Source: Deltaproteobacteria bacterium (GTDB taxonomy: Bacteria; Desulfobacterota; Syntrophia; Syntrophales; UBA5619). Taken from it: a DNA stretch of 38,864 bases. The DNA lies in assembly GCA_026388375.1 (NCBI GenBank), contig JAPLJX010000426.1:1-38864 (forward strand). Reading direction: 5' to 3'. Positions 16,345 through 25,131 of the stretch are shown piece after piece. The notes under the pieces are model-generated. The model did not search any database and was not told the origin of the DNA. It worked only from the letters and a program-made list of their open reading frames with translations. Each line of letters opens with the position of its first letter. The first letter of the stretch is position 1. Made by a program: the position numbers and the translations under genes.

Positions 16345-18492
16345 ATGACCATTAAAATCCTGGACAAAATGGCCAACGAAACCTTCAAGGACATCGAAAA
16401 GCTCGAATCCGACCTCTGGGAGGCGGCGGACAACCTCCGCGCCAACTCGAAGCTCACCTCCAGCGATTATTTCATGCCCGTGCTGGGGGTGATCTTCCTC
16501 CGCCACGCCGCCAACCGCTTTGACATGGCAGCCCGTCAGATAGAAGCCGACCAGAAAAGCGGCAAGATGCCGAAGCGAAAAGTGCAACCGATCGACTTCC
16601 TGAGCCGCCGATCGCTCTGGCTCCCCGAGACGGCCCGCTACGACTGGATCATGCAGCAGGCGGCCGTGAGCGGCAGCGATTTGCCCAGGCTGGTCACCGA
16701 CGCCATGACGGCCATCGAGGCCGCATTCGAGCCGCTCACCGGCGTCTTGCCCAAGGACTACGGCATCTTCGATACCAAGGTCCTCGAAGACCTGATGCGG
16801 CACTTCAACAGCGAGCGAATCAAGCAGGCCACCGGCGACGTCTTCGGCCGCATCTACGAGTACTTCCTCGCCAAGTTCTCCATCCAGAAGGCGCACGACA
16901 ACGGCGAGTTCTTCACCCCCTCCTCGCTCGTCCAGACGATCGTCAACGTTATCGAGCCCGATCACGGCATCGTGGACGACCCGGCCTGCGGTTCGGGCGG
17001 GATGTTCGTCCAGTCCAGCCATTTCATCGAGCATCAGGGCGGCGATACGGCGAAAAAGGTCGTTTTCTACGGGCAGGAGAAGAACCGCGACACGATCCGC
17101 ATCGCGAAGATGAACCTCGCGGTCCACGGGCTGGAGGGGAAGATCGCCGAGGCCATCACCTACTACCAGGACGAGCATGTCCTGATCGGCAAGTGCGACT
17201 TCGTCATGGCCAATCCGCCTTTCAATGTCGATCTCGTCGATGCCGAACGGATCAAGGGCGACCCGCGCCTGCCCTTTGGCCTGCCGGGCGTGAACAAGCA
17301 AAAGAAGGTCGGGAACGGCAACTACCTCTGGATCTCCTACTTCTGGAGCTATCTCTCCGGGAAGGGCCGCGCCGGTTTCGTCATGTCCTCCCAGGCCTCC
17401 AGCGCCGGGCATGGCGAAAAGGAGGTCCGCCGGAAGATCGTCGAGACGGGCGACGTGGACGTGATGATTTCCATCCGCTCGAACTTCTTCTACACCCGTT
17501 CCGTTCCCTGCGAGTTGTGGCACTTCGATCGGGCGAAGCCCGCCGAGCGCAGGGACAAGGTGCTGATGCTCGACGCGCGGAACGTCTACCGCAAGGTCAC
17601 GCGGAAGATCTATGACTTCTCGCCGGAGCAGATGAAGAACCTGGCCGCCGTCGTCTGGCTCTACCGCGGCCAGCGGGAGCGTTTTCTGGCCCTTGTAAAG
17701 GAGTATCTCGGCTGTGTCTGCACCGAGAGCGCAGCGATTCCCGATAAGCTCGCCGCCTTCGAGACGACGCTCACCGACCTGCGCGGCCGCTTCGACCGCC
17801 TCGCCGTTGCCGTTGCCAAGCACGCCGAACTTGATACCGCGAAGAAACAGTCTCTTGCTGAAGCCGCCACCGAACTGCGCGAGACGGTCACGCTCTACGA
17901 GAGAGATCGGGAGAAACTTCTTGAGAATCTGAGCGCCTTCAACCGGAAGCACGCCAGGTCGCTGCCAGACGAGAATGGCGCCCAGCGCGCCGTCCGCGAG
18001 GCGTTCAACCCCAATGGCGAGGCGATCCGGGGCCTCGTCAAGCAGGTGGACCTGCTCCATAAGCTCGCCGGCCGTGTCTCAGATCAGGGGGCCGAACTTG
18101 CCGCCGACGAAACAATCTCCGCCTCCTACGACCGACGGGCGACGACCAAACTCGTGAAGCAACTGGACGAAGGGCGCAAGGCTGCCGTCGAGCAGCTCAG
18201 GCAGGCCGTCTATTTCCACCGGCAAATCGCCTGGCTTCAGGACCGCTTCCCCAAGGCCGAGCTCCAGTCGGTACCGGGGCTCGTCAGGCTCGTGGACCGC
18301 AAGGAGATCGAGGCGGCCGACTGGAGCCTCACCCCCGGCCGCTACGTCGGCGTCGCTCCGCCGGAGGAAGATGAGGACTTCGATTTCGAACAAACGCTCC
18401 GTGACGTCCACACCGAGTTGGCCGACCTCAATAGGGAGGCGGTGGAGCTGGCGGCGAAGATCCAGGCAAACTTCGAGGATTTGGGGATATGA
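16345..18492 (+). CDS. hsdM: Type I restriction-modification system methyltransferase subunit HsdM (long form, 715 aa)
   Basis: N-terminal HsdM_N-like helices (LWEAADNLRANSKL...YFMPVLGVIFLRH), an AdoMet motif (DPACGSGGMF), catalytic NPPF at 17212-17223, and a C-terminal SLTPGRYVG tail. Confidence 0.9.
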   Translation: MTIKILDKMANETFKDIEKLESDLWEAADNLRANSKLTSSDYFMPVLGVIFLRHAANRFDMAARQIEADQKSGKMPKRKVQPIDFLSRRSLWLPETARYDWIMQQAAVSGSDLPRLVTDAMTAIEAAFEPLTGVLPKDYGIFDTKVLEDLMRHFNSERIKQATGDVFGRIYEYFLAKFSIQKAHDNGEFFTPSSLVQTIVNVIEPDHGIVDDPACGSGGMFVQSSHFIEHQGGDTAKKVVFYGQEKNRDTIRIAKMNLAVHGLEGKIAEAITYYQDEHVLIGKCDFVMANPPFNVDLVDAERIKGDPRLPFGLPGVNKQKKVGNGNYLWISYFWSYLSGKGRAGFVMSSQASSAGHGEKEVRRKIVETGDVDVMISIRSNFFYTRSVPCELWHFDRAKPAERRDKVLMLDARNVYRKVTRKIYDFSPEQMKNLAAVVWLYRGQRERFLALVKEYLGCVCTESAAIPDKLAAFETTLTDLRGRFDRLAVAVAKHAELDTAKKQSLAEAATELRETVTLYERDREKLLENLSAFNRKHARSLPDENGAQRAVREAFNPNGEAIRGLVKQVDLLHKLAGRVSDQGAELAADETISASYDRRATTKLVKQLDEGRKAAVEQLRQAVYFHRQIAWLQDRFPKAELQSVPGLVRLVDRKEIEAADWSLTPGRYVGVAPPEEDEDFDFEQTLRDVHTELADLNREAVELAAKIQANFEDLGI

Positions 18493-18572
18493 GTGCGAAC
18501 AACCAGCGGATGCCTGATGATTTACCCATCACGAAAAACTCCAACCATTGGTTGGACAAATCATTTTTGTAA
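18489..18572 (+). pseudogene. 27-codon stub ORF overlapping the hsdM stop (possible remnant of an earlier hsdS 5' end)
   Basis: ATG 18489 overlaps the hsdM TGA (ATGA), the arrangement typical for hsdM-hsdS. It translates to MSANNQRMPDDLPITKNSNHWLDKSFL* and then terminates. Confidence 0.3.
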
Positions 18573-18600
18573 TGAACGGGGCAGTTGTATCAGCCACTGG

Positions 18601-18627
18601 ATTTGTGCAACGAACCGTTGCACAAAT
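18601..18627. repeat. Perfect 12-bp palindrome ATTTGTGCAACG-AAC-CGTTGCACAAAT
   Basis: Read directly. It lies 58 nt upstream of the hsdS ATG and shares the TTGTGCAAC/GTTGCACAA core with the repeat at 5251-5289. Confidence 0.7.
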
Positions 18628-18628
18628 C

Positions 18629-18688
18629 CGGGAGGCCGTGGAGCTGGCGGTAAAGATTCAAAAGAACTTTGAGGAATTGGGGGCATGA
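18629..18688 (+). pseudogene. Duplicated, diverged copy of the hsdM 3' end (remnant)
   Basis: It translates to REAVELAVKIQKNFEELGA*, compared with REAVELAAKIQANFEDLGI* at the hsdM C-terminus (18433-18492). By manual alignment 47 of 60 nt are identical. Its TGA overlaps the hsdS ATG (ATGA). Confidence 0.55.
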
Positions 18689-19788
18689 GCTGGCACACCG
18701 GTCGCCTTGGCGATGTAATCACCCTGAAACGTGGGCACGACTTGCCCGATACCAAACGCCAAGACGGGGACGTGCCCGTCGTTTCATCTTCAGGAATTAC
18801 CGGCTACCACAACGAGCCGAAGGCAATGGCTCCAGGGGTTGTCACTGGACGGTACGGCACCCTTGGAGAGGTTTTTTACGTCGAGGAAGATTATTGGCCT
18901 CTCAATACGGCTCTGTATGTAACAGATTACAAGGGCAATCACCCGAGATTCGTTGCGTACTTCCTGAAAAATATCCTGCGCAACTACCAGAGCGATAAAG
19001 CGGCTGTGCCGGGAGTCAACCGGAATGTCCTGCACGAGTTGAAGGTGCGTACTGCCGATCCGAAATCTCAAATACGCATCGCCGACATTCTCTCCGCTTA
19101 CGACGGACTGATCGAGAACAACCGGCGGCGGATGGCGCTCCTGGAGGAGTTGGCGCGGCAACTCTTCCGCGAGTGGTTCGTCCGCCTCCGCTTCCCCGGC
19201 CACGAGCATACCCGCATCACCAATAGCGTGCCGGAGGGGTGGGGACGGGAAACGCTCGGTGATCTGGCCAAGATTACGATGGGACAAAGCCCTGAGTCCA
19301 AGTATTACAACGAAGATGGTGAGGGTCTTCCGTTTCATCAGGGTGTGACCGATTTTGGAGCCCGGTTTGTCACCCACCGGATCTATACAACGGCGCTGAA
19401 TCGAATAGGCGAACCCGGCGACATTCTTTGCAGTGTCCGGGCCCCAGTCGGCCGTCTTAATGTCACGCTTGACAAGATTGTGATTGGCCGAGGCCTAGCG
19501 GCCTTACGGAGTAAGACCGGACGTCAGTCTTTGTTGTTGCAGCAACTACGCGCGCATTTCTTCAAGGAAGACCTCATCGGTGGGGGCGCAATCTTCGCCT
19601 CTGTCACGAAGAAAGAGTTCTCGGCACAGGAGATATTGGAGCCCTCCGAGCGCCTGAAACAATCCTTCGAAGAGGTGACGCGACCTTGTGATGAGCAGCT
19701 TCGAGTTCTGCACCTACAAAACCAACAACTCCGTACCGCCCGTGACCTGCTGCTGCCATGCCTGATGATCGGAGAGATCTCGGTGTGA
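18685..19788 (+). CDS. hsdS: Type I restriction-modification specificity subunit HsdS
   Basis: The 367 aa product has two target-recognition halves separated by the conserved central helix (IADILSAYDGLIENNRRRMALLEELARQLFREWFVRLRFPGHE) and a C-terminal conserved helix (LQNQQLRTARDLLLPCLM). Confidence 0.88.
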   Translation: MSWHTGRLGDVITLKRGHDLPDTKRQDGDVPVVSSSGITGYHNEPKAMAPGVVTGRYGTLGEVFYVEEDYWPLNTALYVTDYKGNHPRFVAYFLKNILRNYQSDKAAVPGVNRNVLHELKVRTADPKSQIRIADILSAYDGLIENNRRRMALLEELARQLFREWFVRLRFPGHEHTRITNSVPEGWGRETLGDLAKITMGQSPESKYYNEDGEGLPFHQGVTDFGARFVTHRIYTTALNRIGEPGDILCSVRAPVGRLNVTLDKIVIGRGLAALRSKTGRQSLLLQQLRAHFFKEDLIGGGAIFASVTKKEFSAQEILEPSERLKQSFEEVTRPCDEQLRVLHLQNQQLRTARDLLLPCLMIGEISV

Positions 19789-19908
19789 TGAGAGTCACTA
19801 TCCCACGAGCGCCGACATCAACAGAGAAAACCGGCTGGCTCAGGCGATGCTCGTGTAGGATCTGGAAAAGGATTCGGCTGGTAAGGTACGATATTTTCTC
19901 CATATGCC

Positions 19909-19937
19909 TTGACAGGGCATTAGCTCTACAATAGAAT
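19909..19937 (+). promoter_or_regulatory. Strong sigma70-type promoter for abiEi (predicts a leaderless or near-leaderless mRNA)
   Basis: TTGACA (19909-14), 17 nt spacer, TAGAAT (19932-37). The ATG at 19944 is only 6 nt past the -10 element. Confidence 0.55.
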
Positions 19938-19943
19938 ACTTCC

Positions 19944-20747
19944 ATGAAACGTAAATTGGGGATATTGGAGACACAGTTTTTCGCGTACGTCCAAATGCGC
20001 AAACTCAGGACGGTACGGGCGGGAGACTTGGTGGCGTCCGTGCTGGAAATGGCGCCGGAGCAAGAGCGTAAACTGTTCAGCCGACTTTCGCGCGGTGGGC
20101 TGATCGCGAGAGTGCGACAGGGATTGTATCTTGTACCGCCTGGTTTGCCGATGGGCGGGGCGTGGACGCCGAGTGAGGCCCTTGCCTTGAACACCTTGAT
20201 GGAGGATGTGAAGGGGCGCTACCAGATTTGCGGGCCGAATACCTTCAATCAATACGGCTTCGATGATCAGATTCCCAACCGGATTTATGCGTACAACAAC
20301 CGGATTTCTGGCGACCGTACGGTTGGCGCGGTGGAAATGACCCTGATCAAGGTGGACGAAGCCCGTTTGGGGGACACAATGGACATCGTCATGTGGGACG
20401 GCGAAAAGGCGATATATTCGTCGCGGACGCGGACGCTGGTGGACGCCGTCTATGACTGGTCCCGGTTCAACAGTCTGCCACGGGCGTATGAATGGATCCG
20501 CCAGGATATGATCAAAAAACTTCTGAATGTTGAGGAACTGGTGACGATCGCCTTGCGTTTTGGCAACACGGGAACGATCCGGCGGATAGGGGCGCTGTTG
20601 GAACGCGAAGGGGTGAAAGAGTCGTTGCTGAGGAGACTGGAGCAAGCACTGAATCAAACCCGCAGCATGATCCCGTGGATTCCCGGCCTGCCCAAACGAG
20701 GAAAATTCAACCGCCGTTGGGGGGTGGTGCTCAATGAGCCGGCCTAA
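19944..20747 (+). CDS. abiEi: AbiEi-family type IV toxin-antitoxin antitoxin (wHTH transcriptional regulator)
   Basis: The N-terminal wHTH pattern (VRAGDLV...LSRLSRGGLIARVRQGLYLVPP) is typical of AbiEi. It overlaps the downstream nucleotidyltransferase gene by 14 nt. Confidence 0.8.
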   Translation: MKRKLGILETQFFAYVQMRKLRTVRAGDLVASVLEMAPEQERKLFSRLSRGGLIARVRQGLYLVPPGLPMGGAWTPSEALALNTLMEDVKGRYQICGPNTFNQYGFDDQIPNRIYAYNNRISGDRTVGAVEMTLIKVDEARLGDTMDIVMWDGEKAIYSSRTRTLVDAVYDWSRFNSLPRAYEWIRQDMIKKLLNVEELVTIALRFGNTGTIRRIGALLEREGVKESLLRRLEQALNQTRSMIPWIPGLPKRGKFNRRWGVVLNEPA

Positions 20748-21615
20748 TTCTCGTTTGTTTGCTTGGCATGAAGATCCGGAATTCTTTGAGGCTGCGGTGG
20801 GCTTTACCGCAAAGGAGACGACATTTTCACCCCGGCTCGTCGAGAAGGACTACTTTTGCACTGTTTTGCTGGAGTACCTGGCGACGGTCGGCAATACATT
20901 CATATTCAAGGGCGGAACCTGTTTGGCAAAAATTCATGCCGATTTCTATCGGTTGAGCGAGGACCTGGATTATGTCGTATCAATGCCGCTGGATTCGTCG
21001 CGATCCGAACGAAGCAAGATGGCCACAGGCCTGAAGGATATCGTGAACGCATTGCCGGATCGGCTGCCGTGCTTTCGAGTCGTAGAGCCGCTGACGGGTG
21101 CCAACAATTCGACGCAATACAACGCAATGATTGGCTATCACTCAAGGATTGTTGGAAAAGAAGAGACCATCAAGGTGGAAGTAGGTTTGCGCGAGCCGCT
21201 GCTCCTGCCACCGGAAACAGGGATCGCGAAAACCCTTTTGCTCAACCCAACAACAGTAAAACCACTGTGTGAGCCTCTTGTCTTGAACTGTATGTCCAAG
21301 AGGGAGGCGTTCGCTGAAAAATTCCGGGCGGCGTTATCGCGCAGAGAAGCCGCCGTGCGGGATTTTTTCGATCTCGACTACGCGGTCCGACAGCTCGGAT
21401 TGCAGCCGGAGGAGGGCGGGTTGATTGATCTGATACGGACGAAAATGGCCGTGCCGGGTAATGACCGCGTGAATGTATCCGAGAATAGATTGACCACATT
21501 GCATCGGCAGGCGGAATCGCAGCTCCGGCCTGTCCTGCGGGCCAGGGATTTTGTGGAATTCGATCTGGAACGGGCCTTCAGGATCGTGAAGGATGTGGCT
21601 GCCATCATCGGGTGA
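20734..21615 (+). CDS. abiEii: AbiEii/AbiGii-family nucleotidyltransferase toxin
   Basis: The FKGGTCLAKIH...YRLSEDLDY motif (GGT...SEDhD) is characteristic of the DUF1814/AbiEii NTase fold. The product is 293 aa. Confidence 0.82.
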   Translation: MSRPNSRLFAWHEDPEFFEAAVGFTAKETTFSPRLVEKDYFCTVLLEYLATVGNTFIFKGGTCLAKIHADFYRLSEDLDYVVSMPLDSSRSERSKMATGLKDIVNALPDRLPCFRVVEPLTGANNSTQYNAMIGYHSRIVGKEETIKVEVGLREPLLLPPETGIAKTLLLNPTTVKPLCEPLVLNCMSKREAFAEKFRAALSRREAAVRDFFDLDYAVRQLGLQPEEGGLIDLIRTKMAVPGNDRVNVSENRLTTLHRQAESQLRPVLRARDFVEFDLERAFRIVKDVAAIIG

Positions 21616-21621
21616 CAAACC

Positions 21622-24600
21622 ATGATTACCGACATCAACAGCGAAGACAGACTGGTTCAAAAAACATTTGCCGACCACCTGCGTGATCATCACGGCTGGG
21701 AGAGCGTTTACGCCTACAACACGGAGAACTTCGGACCGGAGGGGACACTGGGAAGAAACAGCGAGCGGGAGGCGGTGCTCCTTCGGGACCTGCGGGCGGC
21801 CCTGGTGAGGCTCAACCCGGACATGCCGGCATCGGCTCGTGAGCAGGCCGTCGAGAAACTCACGCACATGGACTTTGCCCGGTCTCTATTGCAGCACAAC
21901 CGGGAGTTCTACGGCTTCATCCGAGGCGGCGTGCCCGTCGAGTGGCGGGATGGATCGGGAAAAACTCGCCATGCCCACGCCCGCCTGATCGATTTCGGCA
22001 ACGGCAAGGCAGCGGACGGCCAGCCCAACAACCGCTTCCTTGCCGTGCGCGAACTCAAACTTCAGGGCCTGCGCGTGCCCCACTACAACACCCGCGCCGA
22101 TCTGGTCTGCTTCGTCAACGGCCTGCCCCTGGTATTGATCGAACTCAAGGCGGTCTACAAGAACATCCGGGCCGGATTCGACAACAACCTGACCTGGTAT
22201 CTGGACCCCAACGTCGTTCCGCACGCTTTCCATCACAACGCCTTTCTCATCGTGAGCAATGGGGACAAGGCCCGCTACGGATCGATCACGAGCAAATGGG
22301 AGCATTTCGTCGAATGGAAGCGCAACGCGGAGAAGGACAAGGGACGCGTGGACGCCGAGGCGCTCCTCGACGGGATGTTGAACCAGAAGCGGCTCCTTGA
22401 TCTGGTCGAGAACTTTATCCTCTTCGACGACAGCCGTGCGGGGGGAACGCGGAAGATCGTTGCGCGCAATCATCAGGTTCTGGGGGTGAACAACGCCGTA
22501 GCCTCCGTCCGGCGGCAGGAGGAGTTGAAGAGACTCTATCCCGAGCGGCTTACGGAACGCTCCGTTTACCGGATGATCCCGGAAAGGCAGCCAAAGGCAA
22601 AACCCGCGACTGAGGAGGAGATGGCGTTGCCCCTGGCGGCCGAGGCCGGTCATGGGAAAGCGGACTCGTCCCAAGAGGGCGGCGTCATGCTTTCGCTCAT
22701 CGAGCGGGCGCATCCGGATCTGGGCCGACTGGGTGTGTTCTGGCACACGCCGGGCAGCGGGAAGTCTTACTCAATGGCGTTTTTCGCCGAGAAGATCCGC
22801 CGCTGCGTTCCCGGCAACTTCACCTTCTTGGTGATGACCGACCGCGAGGATCTGGACGATCAGATCTGGCGCACCTTCATCGGCTGCGGGGTGACCGACG
22901 AGGAGACCCCGCGGGCCGGTACGGGCAAGGAGCTGCAGCAGATCCTTCGCGGCAATCCCCGTTTCGTCTTCAGCCTCATCCACAAGTTCAATCAACCGGT
23001 CGCCGAGCCCTACAGCGAACGCGACGACATCATCGTCGTTTCGGACGAGGCGCACCGGACCCAGGCAGGCAAGTTTGCACGGAATATGCGGCTCGCGCTG
23101 CCCAATGCCGCGTTCCTCGGCTTCACGGGGACGCCGCTGTTCAAGCACGACGAGCTGACCCGCCGCATCTTCGGGGATTACGTCTCGCGTTATGACTTCA
23201 AACGCTCCGAGGAGGACCACTCCACCGTCAAACTGATCTACGAAAGCCGCGGCGAGAAGCTGGGGCTCGCCCGGCTTGATCTGAACGATAGGATCGCCGA
23301 GGCGGTCGAGAAGGCTGAACTCGACCCAGACCAGACCGCGCTCCTGGAGAAGCTCCTCGGCAAGGACTACGAGGTCATCACGGCCGACGATCGCCTCGAC
23401 AAACTGGCGGCCGATTTTGTCGAGCACTGTTCCACCCGCTGGCAGACGGGAAAATCCATGCTCGTGTGCATCGACAAGGTCACCTGTGCCCGGATGTTTC
23501 AACGGATCGAGCCGCGTTGGAAGGCCAAACTCGCCCGGCTGAAAGCACTCATCCCGGCCATGGAAACAGCGCTTGCCTCGGTCATCGATCTTGACGCACG
23601 GGAGCGCCTCGGCAAGGAACTCGATAAGCTTCGAGCACAGATTCAGTGGATGGAAAGCACAATCATTGAGATCATCATCAGCGAGGCGCAGAACGAGGTC
23701 CGCGACTTCAAAAAATGGGACTTCGACATTATCCCGCACCGCGAGGTAATGAAAACCGGCTTCCAGACGCCCGACGGCAAACGGGTGGCTGTGGACGACG
23801 CCTTCAAGGACCCGCAGCATCCCTTCCGCATTGCCATCGTGTGCGCCATGTGGCTGACCGGCTTTGACGTGGAGTGCCTGGCAACGCTCTATATCGACAA
23901 ACCGATGAAGGCCCACAGTCTCATGCAGGCCATCGCCCGCGCCAACCGCGTCTATCCGGGCAAGGACTGCGGCGTCATCGTGGACTACAACGGCATGCTC
24001 AAGAGCCTGCGAGAGGCGCTCGCGCAGTATGCCCTCGGTGGGGAGGACTACGGCAACGGAGGCGGCATTGTGGCCCCGATTGAGGAGCTGGTGGCGGCGC
24101 TGCTCCAGGCCATTGAGGCCGCCGAGAGCCACCTGCTGGCCCTCGGCTTTGACCCTGCCCGGCTTCGTGGCGCGACCGGGTTCGCCCGGATTGAGGCGCT
24201 GCGGGATGCTGTGGACGCGCTCTATACCTCGGACGAGGCGAAACGCCGATTCGAGATCATGGCGCGGCAGGTGTTTATCCGCTTCAAGGCGCTCCTGATG
24301 GAGCCGAGTGCGCTTACCTACACGGAGCGGCACGACAACATCGAGACTATCTACAAGAAACTGCAGGAAAAACGCGACACCGCCGACGTGACCGAGATCC
24401 TCAAGGTGTTGCACCGGATCGTCAACGAGGCGATCCGCACATCGTCGCCCGGCGACGACCACGCCGCGGGCCTCAAGGTGGATTTGAGCCGGATCGACTT
24501 CGGCAAATTGCGGGACGAGTTTGCGACCAAGGTGCGCCGGAAACACGCCGCGTTGCAGGACATACGGGATGTCGTGGAGAAGAAGCTTGCGCAGATGCTC

Positions 24601-25071
24601 GCCCGAAACCCGATGCGGATGGACTGCTATAAAACGTACCAAGAGATCATCGCCGACTACAACCGCGAGAAAGACCGGGTTACAGTCGAAGAGACCTTTG
24701 CGAGGCTGATGGATCTTACGAGCCGCCTCGACGCCGAGGAGCGGCGGGCCGCGGAGGAGGGGCTGAGCGACGACGAGTTGGCCCTGTTCGATCTTCTTTT
24801 CAAAGATCGGATCAGCAAGACCGATCGGGAACGGCTCAAACAGGCCAGCAAGGCGCTTCTGGCGTCCCTTGAGGATTTGCTCCGCCCAATGCCTGGTTGG
24901 ACGCAGAACACAAACACGCAGGCCGAGGTCAAGGTGTTCATCCTCGACAGTTTGTGGCGGTCATTGCCGCGCCCGCTGTTCAACGATGAGGAAACCGAAT
25001 CGGTTGCGGATCGGGTGTACGACTACGTCTGGCAGCAAAGCTCCCGCGGCCATGATTTCATGGCGGCGTAG
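21622..25071 (+). CDS. hsdR: Type I restriction endonuclease subunit HsdR
   Basis: The 1149 aa product has an N-terminal PD-(D/E)xK nuclease block (ADLVCFVNGLPLVLIELK), helicase motif I (WHTPGSGKS) and a DEAH box (VVSDEAHRTQ). Confidence 0.92.
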   Translation: MITDINSEDRLVQKTFADHLRDHHGWESVYAYNTENFGPEGTLGRNSEREAVLLRDLRAALVRLNPDMPASAREQAVEKLTHMDFARSLLQHNREFYGFIRGGVPVEWRDGSGKTRHAHARLIDFGNGKAADGQPNNRFLAVRELKLQGLRVPHYNTRADLVCFVNGLPLVLIELKAVYKNIRAGFDNNLTWYLDPNVVPHAFHHNAFLIVSNGDKARYGSITSKWEHFVEWKRNAEKDKGRVDAEALLDGMLNQKRLLDLVENFILFDDSRAGGTRKIVARNHQVLGVNNAVASVRRQEELKRLYPERLTERSVYRMIPERQPKAKPATEEEMALPLAAEAGHGKADSSQEGGVMLSLIERAHPDLGRLGVFWHTPGSGKSYSMAFFAEKIRRCVPGNFTFLVMTDREDLDDQIWRTFIGCGVTDEETPRAGTGKELQQILRGNPRFVFSLIHKFNQPVAEPYSERDDIIVVSDEAHRTQAGKFARNMRLALPNAAFLGFTGTPLFKHDELTRRIFGDYVSRYDFKRSEEDHSTVKLIYESRGEKLGLARLDLNDRIAEAVEKAELDPDQTALLEKLLGKDYEVITADDRLDKLAADFVEHCSTRWQTGKSMLVCIDKVTCARMFQRIEPRWKAKLARLKALIPAMETALASVIDLDARERLGKELDKLRAQIQWMESTIIEIIISEAQNEVRDFKKWDFDIIPHREVMKTGFQTPDGKRVAVDDAFKDPQHPFRIAIVCAMWLTGFDVECLATLYIDKPMKAHSLMQAIARANRVYPGKDCGVIVDYNGMLKSLREALAQYALGGEDYGNGGGIVAPIEELVAALLQAIEAAESHLLALGFDPARLRGATGFARIEALRDAVDALYTSDEAKRRFEIMARQVFIRFKALLMEPSALTYTERHDNIETIYKKLQEKRDTADVTEILKVLHRIVNEAIRTSSPGDDHAAGLKVDLSRIDFGKLRDEFATKVRRKHAALQDIRDVVEKKLAQMLARNPMRMDCYKTYQEIIADYNREKDRVTVEETFARLMDLTSRLDAEERRAAEEGLSDDELALFDLLFKDRISKTDRERLKQASKALLASLEDLLRPMPGWTQNTNTQAEVKVFILDSLWRSLPRPLFNDEETESVADRVYDYVWQQSSRGHDFMAA

Positions 25072-25111
25072 CGTAGATAAGAAGGATTGGCATCATGGTA
25101 AACAGAGGTGA

Positions 25112-25131
25112 GAAGACACAACTGTGTCTTC
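25112..25131 (+). terminator. Hairpin 41 nt after the hsdR stop (weak terminator candidate)
   Basis: GAAGACAC-AACT-GTGTCTTC is an 8 bp stem. The downstream CTGGTTGTCATTCC is only moderately T-rich. Confidence 0.3.
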
